A stretch of 64,000 bases of DNA from an uncultured Acidimicrobiia bacterium (lineage in GTDB: Bacteria > Actinomycetota > Acidimicrobiia > Spongiisociales > UBA5794), in assembly GCA_963812375.1 (NCBI GenBank), contig CAWEUW010000009.1, forward strand, positions 386,240-450,239. The letters are read 5' to 3'. Below are positions 9,377 to 18,530 of this stretch, piece by piece (position 1 is the first letter of the stretch; each line of letters opens with the position of its first letter). The position numbers were made by a program, and so were the translations under genes. The notes under the pieces are model-generated. The model was not told where the DNA came from. It saw only the letters and a program-made list of their open reading frames with translations, and made no database searches.

Positions 9377-10043
9377 GACGGGATAACGGTTCCCTTCGGG
9401 ACCCCGTCGCACGGGTCTGCTGGTGGCGGGGGGGAGGGGGGTACCCCTGGGGGGTGTCGACGGTCAACGGCCGGGACTCCAGGTGGCGATGAAGTCGGTG
9501 AGTCGGCGCCGGTCGTGTTGCTCCTCCGCCAGCACTTCTTGGGCGGTCCGCACCATGCTGAGGACCGCGGATGGCGAAGCGCAGGTCGGCGGCCTGGGGG
9601 GCGGAGGATTCTTGACACTCGACCCGCCGCAACTCCTGCGTCCAACCGAGGCCATCGTTCTGCCCGGGGACTGGTATGCCCCGTACCGCGCAGTCGGCTC
9701 GCTGGCGGCAGACTCGTGCATGATGCTCGGGGTGGTCTACTCGTGGATCAAGAACGGAGAACCGGAGCGCGACCATTCTGTCGAAGTCGACCTCTCCAAC
9801 ATCATCGGAGACGGCGACGCCAACGAGCGCGGTGTGAGCGACGTCGGTCGCAATGAGACGTCCGGCGGAGGTCCCGCCTGATCCTGGTCAACGAATCGGT
9901 CAACGATTGCCCCCCGAAAACCGGTCGGCAACTCCAGAAGCTTCCAGACCACTCCAGACTGAGAAACCGTTGTGCCGTAAGGGTTTGCGCCGATTACGAA
10001 CGGCACATATCATGCCTCTATTGATACAAATGGTGTCCGGGCG

Positions 10044-10104
10044 AGGTTGAGGGCCTGGTGAGCGAATAGCTCGTGGAGGTTCGAGTCCTCTCTCCGACAC
10101 CTTG
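10044..10104 (+). repeat. 61-bp direct repeat, copy 2 (attR-like; orphan 3' part of tRNA-Leu)
   Basis: Same 61 nt as 7669-7729. The upstream sequence (tgatacaaatggtgtccgggcg) has no similarity to the tRNA 5' half, so this is not a second tRNA gene. Confidence 0.85.
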
Positions 10105-10142
10105 CAGCGCAAGGGTCTCCTGGCCGGCGGCCGAGGTCAGAA

Positions 10143-10565
10143 ATGGTGTCACGCATCACCCCGATGATCGCCTACGAGGACACGGCAGCGGCGATCGACT
10201 GGCTGACCGAAGCATTCGGGTTCACGGAACGAGAGGGTCAGCGGTACACCGACGCCGACGGGGTAGTCGGTCATGCCGAGCTTGTCTACGGCGATGACAC
10301 GGTCATGCTCGCCACGCCCAATCGCCAGTACCAGAGCCCAGGACATCACCGCCAGACCTGTGAGTTGGCGAGCCGTTGGCTGGACAACCCGTGGGTGATC
10401 GACGGCGTCTTCGTCGAAGTCGACGACCTCGACGCCCACCACGAACGCGCCGTTGCCGCCGGAGCGATCGTCATTCGGCCTCCCGAGGACGCCGGCGTGG
10501 GCTTTCGGATCTACACGGCCGAGGATCCGGAAGGGCACCGGTGGATGTTCGGCCAGCGCGCCTGA
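10143..10565 (+). CDS. VOC-family protein (glyoxalase/bleomycin-resistance fold, PhnB-like)
   Basis: 140-aa ORF. N-terminus ITPMIAYEDTAAAIDWLTEAFGF and C-terminus YTAEDPEGHRWMFGQ are typical of PhnB-like VOC proteins. Confidence 0.8.
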   Translation: MVSRITPMIAYEDTAAAIDWLTEAFGFTEREGQRYTDADGVVGHAELVYGDDTVMLATPNRQYQSPGHHRQTCELASRWLDNPWVIDGVFVEVDDLDAHHERAVAAGAIVIRPPEDAGVGFRIYTAEDPEGHRWMFGQRA

Positions 10566-10776
10566 ACGGATCGTCCCCACGGCCGCAGGACTCGCCGACC
10601 TTCCGGCCGGCCGTCCTCTGTTAGTCGACGGCGGCCGACGCCTCGAACGCGCCAGCGTCTCCTCGAGGTATCCGGCCAGCAGCTTCTCGCCGCGGAACCG
10701 CAGCAGCGTCGTCAGCAGTCTCAGCTACGGCGTGTTCTCGTGCTGCCGCACCGACGGCTCGGCCTTGTCGTGGTGG

Positions 10777-11974
10777 TCAGGCGGCGGTGGCGGTGGTTGC
10801 GGGTTGGGGATGGTGTCGCGGAGGGGTGGCCCGTTGGGTTGGCGGGGGGAGAAGCTTGCGGCGGTGGGTGGGTGAGTCGGGGTCGATGGTGTAGCCGAGT
10901 TGGTGGATGGCGACGTGGTGGTGGTACCAGCACAGGCTGACCAAGTTCTCCGGGTGGTGGGTGCCGCCGCGGTGGCGTTCGAGGATGTGGTGGGGTTGGA
11001 TTCGGTAGCGGCTGTGGCAGCCTTCGATGGAGCATTGACCCATGTCGCGCCATTGCACGAACGGCGTATGACCGCGGGGGTATCGCGTCGGTGCGGTCGG
11101 TGTAGGCGACGGGGTGGAGCCCGTCGATGGCGATGACCCGGATCTTGCCGCCGCAGAGGATCTCGGCGAGGGTGTTGGGACCGACCTTGACCCCGGACGG
11201 CAGGGTGGCACCGGATTCGCCACCGTCTGCGGCGGCGAGGCCGGCGTCGACGAACACTTCGGCGACGGTCACCGCCCGCGCTGGTCAATGTCCCCGGTGT
11301 CTGATCCGGTGTGTGCGGTGAGGGTGTCGAGGCAGATGGCGGTGAGGGCATCGGCGCGGCGTTGCCCCTGCCCGTTGCCTTCACCGGGTAGCACGGGGAA
11401 CTCGGTTTCCCGGTGGTCGAGGGCGGCGGCGACGACCTGCCCGTCGACGCCGGGGAGGAGCCCCCATAGTTTGTAGGCGGCGTCGTCGAGGGAGGGTTGG
11501 ATCACCAGGTACCGGTTGGCGAACACATTGCGTTCTTCGCCGGCGGTGAAGGACCGGACCCGGTCCAGCAGACCGTAGAGGCGCCCCAGTGAGAACCCGG
11601 TAGCGATGGCGTCACCCAGCTGGTCCTGGTTCACGTCGGCGGCGTGGAGTTTGACCAGCACCGCCGCCCGGTCCAGGCCGCAGCGACCGTCGGCCATCAG
11701 GGTGTCGAGTCGCTCGTTGCCGGCTCTGGCGAGTTGCCACAGCCGGTTGGCGGTCTGGGAGGAGACGTCGAGGTGGGCGGATACCCAGTCGCCCATGGTG
11801 CGCATCCCCGCCCCGGCATCCACTTGGTGGCGGTCGAGCTTGCGGAGCAGTTGGACCTGGCGGGCCCGCTGCCGGGTGATCTCGGTTTCGATCTCGACGG
11901 ATCTCGTCTTCCCAGGCCTCGACCCGGGCCGCGGCGGTGCGGGTATCGGCGGTGTCTGACGATGTATCGAACAT
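10777..11974 (-). pseudogene. DUF222 / HNH endonuclease (actinobacterial 13E12-type), at least 3 frame breaks
   Basis: Four segments in different frames are needed. They are MFDTSSDTADTRTAAARVEAWEDEI (from ATG 11974) and the DUF222 body (ORF 11269-12063). Then VTVAEVFVDAGL...IRVIAIDGLHPVAY (ORF 10721-11272) and the HNH core CHSRYRIQPHHILERHRGGTHHPENLVSLCWYHH (ORF 10777-11223). Confidence 0.8.
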
Positions 11975-12106
11975 ACGTTCGTTATACCACAGCGTTGTGA
12001 CAGAAACCAGCTCCTCGTCTTGACCACCTTGTTGATAGCCCCATGGAGCGCCAGGCGGATCACGGTTCGGCGGGTCGTGACTTCACAACCGCTCTAGCCT
12101 CGGAAG

Positions 12107-12589
12107 GTGGCGCCTGCCAACCAACCCGTCAGCTGCGGCGTGCTTCTGTATCGCCTCGCCGGGGGAGCCATCGAGGTGCTGATCGCCCACCCGGGAGGGC
12201 CGTTCTGGGCGAAGCGGGACGAGGGGGCGTGGACCATCCCGAAAGGGCTTGCCGAAGCCGGTGAGGACGCCGAGGCGGCTGCTCGCCGGGAGTTCGCCGA
12301 GGAGCTCGGGCTCCCCGCCCCCGAGGTGTTGGAAGACCTGGGAACGGTGGTGCAGAAGGCGGGCAAGACGGTCCGGGCCTTCGCCGGCGAAGGCGACGTC
12401 GACCCTGCCACCGTCGTCTCGAACGTCGTCACCATCAGGTGGCCACCGGGCTCGACCGGTACGCTGGAGATCCCGGAGATCGACCGGGTCGCCTGGGTGG
12501 CGCCGGACGACGCCAGGAGGCTGCTCAACCCGGCGCAGGGCGCCTTGGTCGATCGTCTACTCGATCACCTGAAGTCGGACCTCCGGTAG
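12107..12589 (+). CDS. NUDIX hydrolase
   Basis: 160-aa ORF with GTG start. Nudix box GLAEAGEDAEAAARREFAEELGL (GX5EX7REUXEEXGU). Confidence 0.8.
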   Translation: MAPANQPVSCGVLLYRLAGGAIEVLIAHPGGPFWAKRDEGAWTIPKGLAEAGEDAEAAARREFAEELGLPAPEVLEDLGTVVQKAGKTVRAFAGEGDVDPATVVSNVVTIRWPPGSTGTLEIPEIDRVAWVAPDDARRLLNPAQGALVDRLLDHLKSDLR

Positions 12590-12635
12590 ATTGCCCAGGT
12601 GGCCGGCACGGGCCGGGGACGACAACAGGAGCAAC

Positions 12636-13821
12636 GTGGCCAAGAAGCCCACCAGGACAGCCAGGATGAGGGTCCGGGACGTCGACGAGACTCCCCGCCA
12701 ACACACTCCCCGCTACATCGCCGGAGAGGAAGAGGAAGGGCCGATCCTCTCGGGGTTCGCCTTCTGGTTGCTGTCGGCGGTGGCGCTGATCGCGCTGACG
12801 GCGGCAGCGGTGTTCTTCGGGTCGAGCCAGGTCGAGGCGGCCTTGCAGCGCGACACGATCGAATACCTGCGCCGCGCCGGGTTCGTCGACGTCAGGTCGA
12901 GGCCAGCGGCCAAGACATCGAGTTGAGCGGCAGCGTCCCCACCGAGGAGGACCTCGTCGCCCTCCCCGAGACGGTGTCGAGACCGTCCGGGGGTGCAGCG
13001 GGTGTTCAGCCGGCTGGAGGTGGAGGAGCCCGACGTCACCGAAGGGGTCCGGCGCCCTCGGACCCGATGGTGCTCACCCTGGCCGACGACGTCCTCACCG
13101 TCACCGGAACCCTGCCCAGCCAGTCCGCCATCAACCGGGTCTCACGGCTCTGGCCGACACCGGCCACGAACTCGACACCGAGGGACTGGTGATCCGGGAG
13201 CGGGTCCCGGCGGTCGACGAGTGGATGGCGGCGGTGCTGGCGATCACCGATCGCCTCAACCAGGAGGTCGACGAGTTCGAGATCGTGGTCAATCCCGATT
13301 CGGGTGTGGCCACCGTGTCTGCCGTCTTCGACTCACGCCAGGTCAGGGCCGACGTCCGCCGCGCCGCAGAGGACCTGTTCCAGGACGGCCCGATCGCCTT
13401 CGTCAGCGCCCTGACCCTGGTCGACGCCCCGCCGCCGCCGCCCCGCCAGCAGGTGGTCGAGCTGCAGGAGAACCTCGACGACCTCATCAGCGGCAAGGTG
13501 ATCGAGTTCGAGTTCAACTCCGACGTCCTCACCCGCGACGGACGCCGGTTGCTGGCGGAGATCGTCCCCGCTCTCCGCCAGTTCCCCGACGTGCCGGTCG
13601 AGATCGCCGGTCACGCAGACTCGGTCGGCTCGGCGGCGGCGAACATGGACCTGTCGCGGCGGCGCGCCCAGGCGGTGGTCGATTTCCTGGTCGAACGGGG
13701 CGAGGACCCGGACCGCTTCGTGGTGACCGCCTACGGTGACACCAGGCCGATCGCCTCGAACGCCACCGAGGAAGGCCGGGCACGGAACCGCCGGATCGAG
13801 TTCATCGCCTTGGAGGAGTGA
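12636..13821 (+). pseudogene. OmpA-family peptidoglycan-binding protein with N-terminal TM and BON-like region, about 4 frame breaks
   Basis: GTG 12636 is preceded by AGGAG, and a TM helix (FAFWLLSAVALIALTAAAVFF) follows. Segments lie in frames of ORFs 12591, 12599, 12993, 12599 and 13189. The intact C-terminal OmpA_C domain reads (FEFNSDVLT...IAGHADSVGS...NRRIEFIALEE*). Confidence 0.75.
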
Positions 13822-13825
13822 GGGT

Positions 13826-13948
13826 GTGAGCTACATCGCCAGCCAGATCGTCGTCTGGATGCTCCTCGCTTTCCTGCTCGGCTTGGCCGTCGGTTGGTTC
13901 GCCAGGGGACGGCGTAAGGCGAACAGCGCCACCCGACGGCGGTTCTGA
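13826..13948 (+). CDS. small single-TM protein
   Basis: 40 aa (VSYIASQIVVWMLLAFLLGLAVGWFARGRRKANSATRRRF). GTG 13826 lies 8 nt after GGAGGAG, immediately downstream of the OmpA-family gene. Confidence 0.4.
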   Translation: MSYIASQIVVWMLLAFLLGLAVGWFARGRRKANSATRRRF

Positions 13949-14024
13949 CCAAAAGCGTCCGGGGCCCCTGCGGGTCCGCGGGCCGCCGTGCGGTGCGTTA
14001 CGCTGACGCCGAGCGAGGAGCACC

Positions 14025-14330
14025 ATGGCTGACGTACGAGAACTGCCCGACCACGTTCGAGAGTTCGTGTCGATGTCCACCGAGTACCTCCGCCAGGAGA
14101 CGGTGGTTCCCGCCAAGCAACTCGGTCGGTTCGCCGGGATATCGTTGGGGGCGGCGTTCTGCTTCGTGCTCTCCGCGCTGTTCTTCGGGATCGCCGGCAC
14201 CCGCTACCTGATCATGGCGTTGCCCGAGGGCCCCAACTGGGAGGCGCTCGGGTACGTTCTCGGGGCACTCGCCATAGCCGCCGTGGCCGTCGTACTCATC
14301 AAGATCACCGCCGCCTCGACCAAGGAGTGA
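14025..14330 (+). CDS. membrane protein, actinobacterial holin-X (Phage_holin_3_6)-like
   Basis: 101-aa ORF with GAGGAGCACC before the ATG. An amphipathic N-terminus is followed by two TM helices. The family assignment is from memory of the fold pattern only. Confidence 0.45.
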   Translation: MADVRELPDHVREFVSMSTEYLRQETVVPAKQLGRFAGISLGAAFCFVLSALFFGIAGTRYLIMALPEGPNWEALGYVLGALAIAAVAVVLIKITAASTKE

Positions 14331-14539
14331 CCAGCATGACCGTGCAACGGGCCGATCTGGAGAACAAGCTGCGCCAGATCGAGACCATCGTCACCGACAC
14401 CAAGGAGCAGGCGCGGACCACAGGCGCCGCCATCGCCGTCGGCGTGGTGTTGTTCATCGTCCTCGCCTTCATCTTCGGTAGGAAGCGCGGGTCCAAGGGC
14501 ACGGGCGGGGCCCGGGTCGAGGTGATCCGGCTCCGATGA
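14327..14539 (+). CDS. small membrane protein (DUF3618-like)
   Basis: 70 aa with an N-terminal coiled segment (ADLENKLRQIETIVTDTKEQ) followed by one TM helix. GTGA overlap with the previous gene; alternative ATG at 14336. Confidence 0.4.
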   Translation: MTSMTVQRADLENKLRQIETIVTDTKEQARTTGAAIAVGVVLFIVLAFIFGRKRGSKGTGGARVEVIRLR

Positions 14540-14907
14540 TTCGCTGGCTCGCCAGGCAGTTCGGCCTGGGGACGAGGTCGATGTCGGCCTATGGGTCGCA
14601 GCAGCTCTTCTCCGGGTTGCGGACCGGGAACTCGACCGCCTCGGCGTTGGGGACCGCGCTCCTCGTCTTGTCGTGGATGCGCAACCACCGTCCGCCCGCA
14701 AGGGAGCTCCTGTACGTCGCCAACCTGAGCAAAGGGGAGACGATCACGGATCCGACTGGTCGACGACGACGGCGAGGTCGACGAGACGGAGGTGACGGGC
14801 TGATGCCCGACCGGCAGGACCGGTCGGTGAGGATCGTCGTCTGGGTCCTGGTGACGGCCCTGGTCCTCACGTTCGTCGCCTCGTTGAGCGCGGTCCTCAT
14901 CAACTGA
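14536..14907 (+). CDS. hypothetical protein
   Basis: 123-aa ORF coupled (ATGA) to the previous gene, with a C-terminal TM helix. No recognisable domain, and it may itself contain a frame error. Confidence 0.3.
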   Translation: MIRWLARQFGLGTRSMSAYGSQQLFSGLRTGNSTASALGTALLVLSWMRNHRPPARELLYVANLSKGETITDPTGRRRRRGRRDGGDGLMPDRQDRSVRIVVWVLVTALVLTFVASLSAVLIN

Positions 14908-14914
14908 CCGGGCC

Positions 14915-15842
14915 GTGACCAACCCCGCAGCCGGAATGCAGCCGGAGTTCGTCTCTGGCGGCCCGTGCATGCTCCACGACGCCAAGGGTCGCCGCTACCT
15001 GATCGAGCTGGTCCCCGGACGGCAGTTCCACTCCCACCGCGGGATGATCGAGCACGACGACCTCATCGGTGCCGGCGACGGCAGCGTCCACCTACCACCT
15101 CGGGGAGCCATACGTGGCGCTGCTCCCCACCTTGGGGGACTACGTGCTGAAGATGGGGCGGCGGGCCACCGTGTCTTATCCCAAGGACATCGGGGCGATC
15201 CTGGTCGCCGGCGACATCGGACCGGGGATGACGGTGCTGGAGGCGGGGACGGGCTCGGGTGCGCTGACGATGGCGCTGGCCAGGGCCGTCGGATCCAGCG
15301 GCCGGGTGGTGAGCTACGAACGGCGTACCGACCATGCCACCGTGGCGCGCAAGCTGATCGCCGGGTTCTCGGGCACGGTCCCGGAACAGGTCGAGCTGCG
15401 GGTGGGGGACGTGGAGGATGCGCTCGACGAGGTCTCCCCCGACAGGGTGGTGCTCGACCTGCCCGAGCCATGGCATCTGGCCAGGCTCGCCGCCACCCGG
15501 CTCCGGCCCGGCGGGGTCTTCCTCTGCTACCTGCCCACCGTCCCTCAGGTGCAGACCGTGGTCGACGAGCTGCGGGCCTCAGGTGGCTTCTTCGCCGTGG
15601 AGACCTTCGAGGTGCTCCACCGCTCCTGGGTCGTCGACGGCCGCTCGGTGCGGCCCTCGCACCGTATGGTCGGCCACACCGGCTTCATCACCACCGCAAG
15701 AAGAGTTTCTCCTCCCCCCCTCTGGGGGAGGAGTGGCCGCAGCAGGGGCCGAAGGCCAGCACAGCGGACGAGGAGGGGGTCATGGACGCGCCGGATGCCG
15801 AGAGATCCACGGAGCACGCCGATCTGGACAAGGAGGGCATGA
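14915..15842 (+). pseudogene. trmI: tRNA (adenine58-N1)-methyltransferase TrmI, one frame break
   Basis: The N-terminal segment (CMLHDAKGRRYLIELVPGRQFHSHRGMIEHDDLIG) is in the frame of ORF 14915. The remainder is in the frame of ORF 15069 (YPKDIGAILV..., SAM motif LEAGTGSGALT, DLPEPW). The break is near 15090. Its position upstream of arc matches mycobacteria. Confidence 0.8.
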
Positions 15843-16555
15843 CTGACCATGGCACCGTCAACGACGTCCTCACCGACGCGTTCAACCGGGTCAGCGAGAA
15901 CGTCCACCGCGTCGTGGGCAGGCTCTCCGACGAACAGCTGGCGGCCAGCGTCGCCGCGGGCGCCAACACGGTGGCGTGGTTGGTGTGGCACCTGACCCGA
16001 ATGATGGATGACCACGTCGCCGGCGCCCAGGGCGACGAGCAGGTGTGGACCCGGGACGGCTGGGCGGCATCGTTCGCCCTGCCCTTCGACGACCGCTCGA
16101 CCGGCTACGGGCACACCGCGGAGGACGTCGCCAGCGTCCGCGTGACCGCCGACCTCCTGCTCGGCTACCACGACGCCGTTCAGGCATATGTCCACGGGGT
16201 CGTCGAGACGCTCACCGAGGAGGATCTCGACCGTATCGTCGATCGCAGCTGGGACCCACCGGTGACGCTGGCAGTGCGGCTGGTCAGCGTCGTCGACGAC
16301 GCCATCCAGCACACCGGCCAGGCGGACTACGTCGCCGGCATCCTCGAGACGGTGATGGCGTCGGCTGGGGTTGCCCTCAGCCAGCGGCCGTTCGGGCGGC
16401 GAAGCCGCCCGAAGCCGGCCCGGCAATTTCACGGCTCGATGAAGATGCACTCGCCGGGGCACTCCTCGGCCGCTTCGACGACGACGTCGAGCTGGTCGTC
16501 CGGGATGGCGGCCATCCCGGCGGCGCCCTGCGGGTTGCCCTTCGACTCGGCGTAG
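15839..16555 (+). CDS. DinB-family (DinB_2/mycothiol-transferase-like) protein; 3' end doubtful
   Basis: ATG 15839 (ATGA overlap with trmI) or ATG 15782. The sequence VAWLVWHLTRMMDDHV...DDAIQHTGQADYV is typical of DinB four-helix-bundle proteins, normally about 170 aa. The ORF continues about 60 codons further and overlaps the convergent ferredoxin gene by 127 nt, so a missed stop or frame error is likely. Confidence 0.65.
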   Translation: MTDHGTVNDVLTDAFNRVSENVHRVVGRLSDEQLAASVAAGANTVAWLVWHLTRMMDDHVAGAQGDEQVWTRDGWAASFALPFDDRSTGYGHTAEDVASVRVTADLLLGYHDAVQAYVHGVVETLTEEDLDRIVDRSWDPPVTLAVRLVSVVDDAIQHTGQADYVAGILETVMASAGVALSQRPFGRRSRPKPARQFHGSMKMHSPGHSSAASTTTSSWSSGMAAIPAAPCGLPFDSA

Positions 16556-16674
16556 ATGGTCCCGCCCTCGCGGACGTAGGCCAGGCCGTCGTCGAGCAGG
16601 ACGAAGACGTCGGGTGCGATCTCCTCGCACAACCCGTCTCCGGTGCACAGATCCTGGTCGATCCATACCTTCAT
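16429..16674 (-). CDS. ferredoxin (single-cluster, actinobacterial type)
   Basis: 81 aa from ATG 16674 (MKVWIDQDLCTGDGLCEEIAPDVF...ECPGECIFIEP*). The Cys pattern CxxxxxC...CP is characteristic of small 3Fe-4S/4Fe-4S ferredoxins. Confidence 0.85.
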   Translation of the reverse strand: MKVWIDQDLCTGDGLCEEIAPDVFVLLDDGLAYVREGGTIYAESKGNPQGAAGMAAIPDDQLDVVVEAAEECPGECIFIEP

Positions 16675-16792
16675 GAGGTCGGTCCTCTCGTTACCCGCAG
16701 CGCCATTGTACCGGCGTCGAGGCGACTTTCGACCGCCCTCCGAGGACCACCGAGGATTGTGGTAGGTCGGGCCTATAGTGCGAAGCAGGGCC

Positions 16793-18530
16793 ATGGAAGG
16801 AACCGACGTGGACCAGGGTGGGAACGAGGCACACCAGCTGCAGGGCAACGGTGCGGATGCTGGAGGAGGAGATCGCCGTCCTGCGCCGCCGGCTCCAGGA
16901 CGCCCCCCGCCGGGTCCGGGTGCTGGAGGAGCGGCTGCTCGAGACCAAGAACCGCCTCGACCAGGCCGCCACTCAGAACCAGAAGCTCGCCGCCGCCCTC
17001 GAGGAGACCCGCCAGCAGCTCGCCATGCTGCGCGCAGGAGGTCGAGAAGCTGACCGCACCGCCCAACCCGTTCGGCACCGTGCTCAGGGTCAACGAGGAC
17101 GGGACGCCGACGTCCACACCGCCGGACGCAAGCTGCGGGTCAACGTCGAGCCGACCATCGAGGTCAAGGCGCTCGAGGTCGGCCAGGAGGTCCTCCTCAA
17201 CGAGGCGAGCAACATCGTCGACGTCCGCTACTTCGAGATCCAGGGCGAGGTGGTCGACGGTCAAGGAGGTCCTCGACGACACCAGGCTGCTGGTGATCGG
17301 CCGCGCCGACGAGGAGCGGGTGACCGAGATCGCATCGCCGATGCGCGGGGTGTTCCTCCGCCCCGGCGACCACGTCAGGCTGGACGACCCGCACCGGCAT
17401 GGTGTTCGAGAAGCTGGTCCGGCCCGAGGTCGAGGAGCTGGTGCTCGAGGAGATGCCCGACATCACCTACGAGGACATCGGCGGGCTCAGCGAGCAGATC
17501 GAGGACATCCAGGACGCCGTCGAGCTGCCGTACGTCCACAAGGAGCGGTTCGACGAGTACGACCTGTCGCCGCCGAAGGGCGTGCTCCTGTACGGGCCAC
17601 CGGGATGCGGCAAGACCCTCATCGCCAAGGCGGTGGCCAACAGCCTGGCCCAGGCGGTGGCAGCCAAGGAGGGCAACGAGGACACCCGGTCCTACTTCCT
17701 CAACATCAAGGGCCCCGAGCTGCTCAACAAGTACGTGGGCGAGACCGAGCGCCAGATCCGGCTGATCTTCCAGCGGGCCAAGGAGAAGTCGGACGAGGGT
17801 GTGCCCGTCATCGTCTTCTTCGACGAGATGGACTCGCTGTTCCGCACCAGGGGAACCGGGGTCTCCTCCGACGTGGAGTCCACCATCGTGCCCCAGCTCC
17901 TCTCCGAGCTCGACGGCGTGGAGACGCTGAAGAACGTCATCGTCATCGGTGCCTCCAACCGCGAGGACCTCATCGACCCCGCCATCCTCCGGCCCGGCCG
18001 GCTGGACGTGAAGGTGAAGATCGAGCGACCCAACGTCGATGCCGCCCGCCAGATCTTCCGCATCTACCTCGGTGAGATCGCTGCCCTACGCCCAGACCGA
18101 GCTGGACCGGTTCGACGGCGACCGGGCGGCACTGGTGGCGTCGCTGATCGAGGCGGTGGTCGCCCGGATGTACGACACCTCCGAGGCCAACCGGTTCCTC
18201 GAGGTGACCTACGCCAACGGCGACCGGGAGATCCTCTACTTCAAGGACTTCGCCAGCGGGGCGATGATCGAGAACATCGTCAGCCGGGCCAAGAAGGACG
18301 CCATCAAGCGGGAGATCGCCGGCGACCCCCTCGGGATGACCGAGAGCGACCTCCTCGCCGCCATCGCCCAGGAGTTCAAGGAGCACGAGGACCTGCCCAA
18401 CACGACCAACCCCGACGACTGGGCCAAGATCTCGGGCAAGAAGGGCGAGCGCATCGTCTACGTCCGCCTCATCGCCAGCGACGGCGAAGGGCGAGCCATC
18501 GAGGCGGTGGCGCCCGGGCAGTACCTGTGA
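16793..18530 (+). pseudogene. arc: proteasome-associated AAA ATPase Arc/Mpa, about 6 frame breaks
   Basis: Seven segments in alternating frames, with breaks near 16848, 17037, 17105, 17256, 17398 and 18080. They reconstruct a colinear Mpa: coiled coil (LEEEIAVLRRRLQ...), OB domains, Walker A GPPGCGKT, Walker [10 protein letters not shown]. The C-terminal [22 protein letters not shown]...GQYL* carries the QYL docking motif. Confidence 0.9.

Larger units (their letters stand above)
7730..10043. mobile_element. remnant of a tRNA-Leu-integrated element (no integrase detectable)
   Basis: Bracketed by the 61-bp direct repeat formed by the tRNA 3' part. It carries non-core ORFs (APH-type kinase, SWIM mini-protein, RHH-like ORF). 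A visibly lower-GC stretch lies near 9960-10040. Confidence 0.5.

Noticed and set aside
9400-10043. Integrase or excisionase remnants at the right end of the island. One example is a segment LAADSCMMLGVVYSWIKNGE resembling an excisionase-type HTH. Another is GLGWTQELRRVE on the minus strand.
   Set aside because: The matches are short and gapped. None of the catalytic R..H-x-x-R..Y signature is detectable in any frame. This is not enough to annotate.
12077-12114. Possible fourth, degenerate copy of the 47-nt hairpin family. GTGACTTCAC (12077-12086) and GGTGGCGCC (12106-12114) also occur in the spacer of the scpA copy.
   Set aside because: The inverted arms are absent and the two motifs are 19 nt apart instead of 2. 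GGTGGCGCC here overlaps the GTG start of the NUDIX gene. The similarity could be chance.
16774-16779. TATAGT hexamer 14 nt upstream of the arc ATG as a -10 element for a near-leaderless transcript.
   Set aside because: It is plausible, but there is no supporting -35 or extended -10 element, and the arc start itself is uncertain because of a frame break within the first 20 codons. Not annotated.
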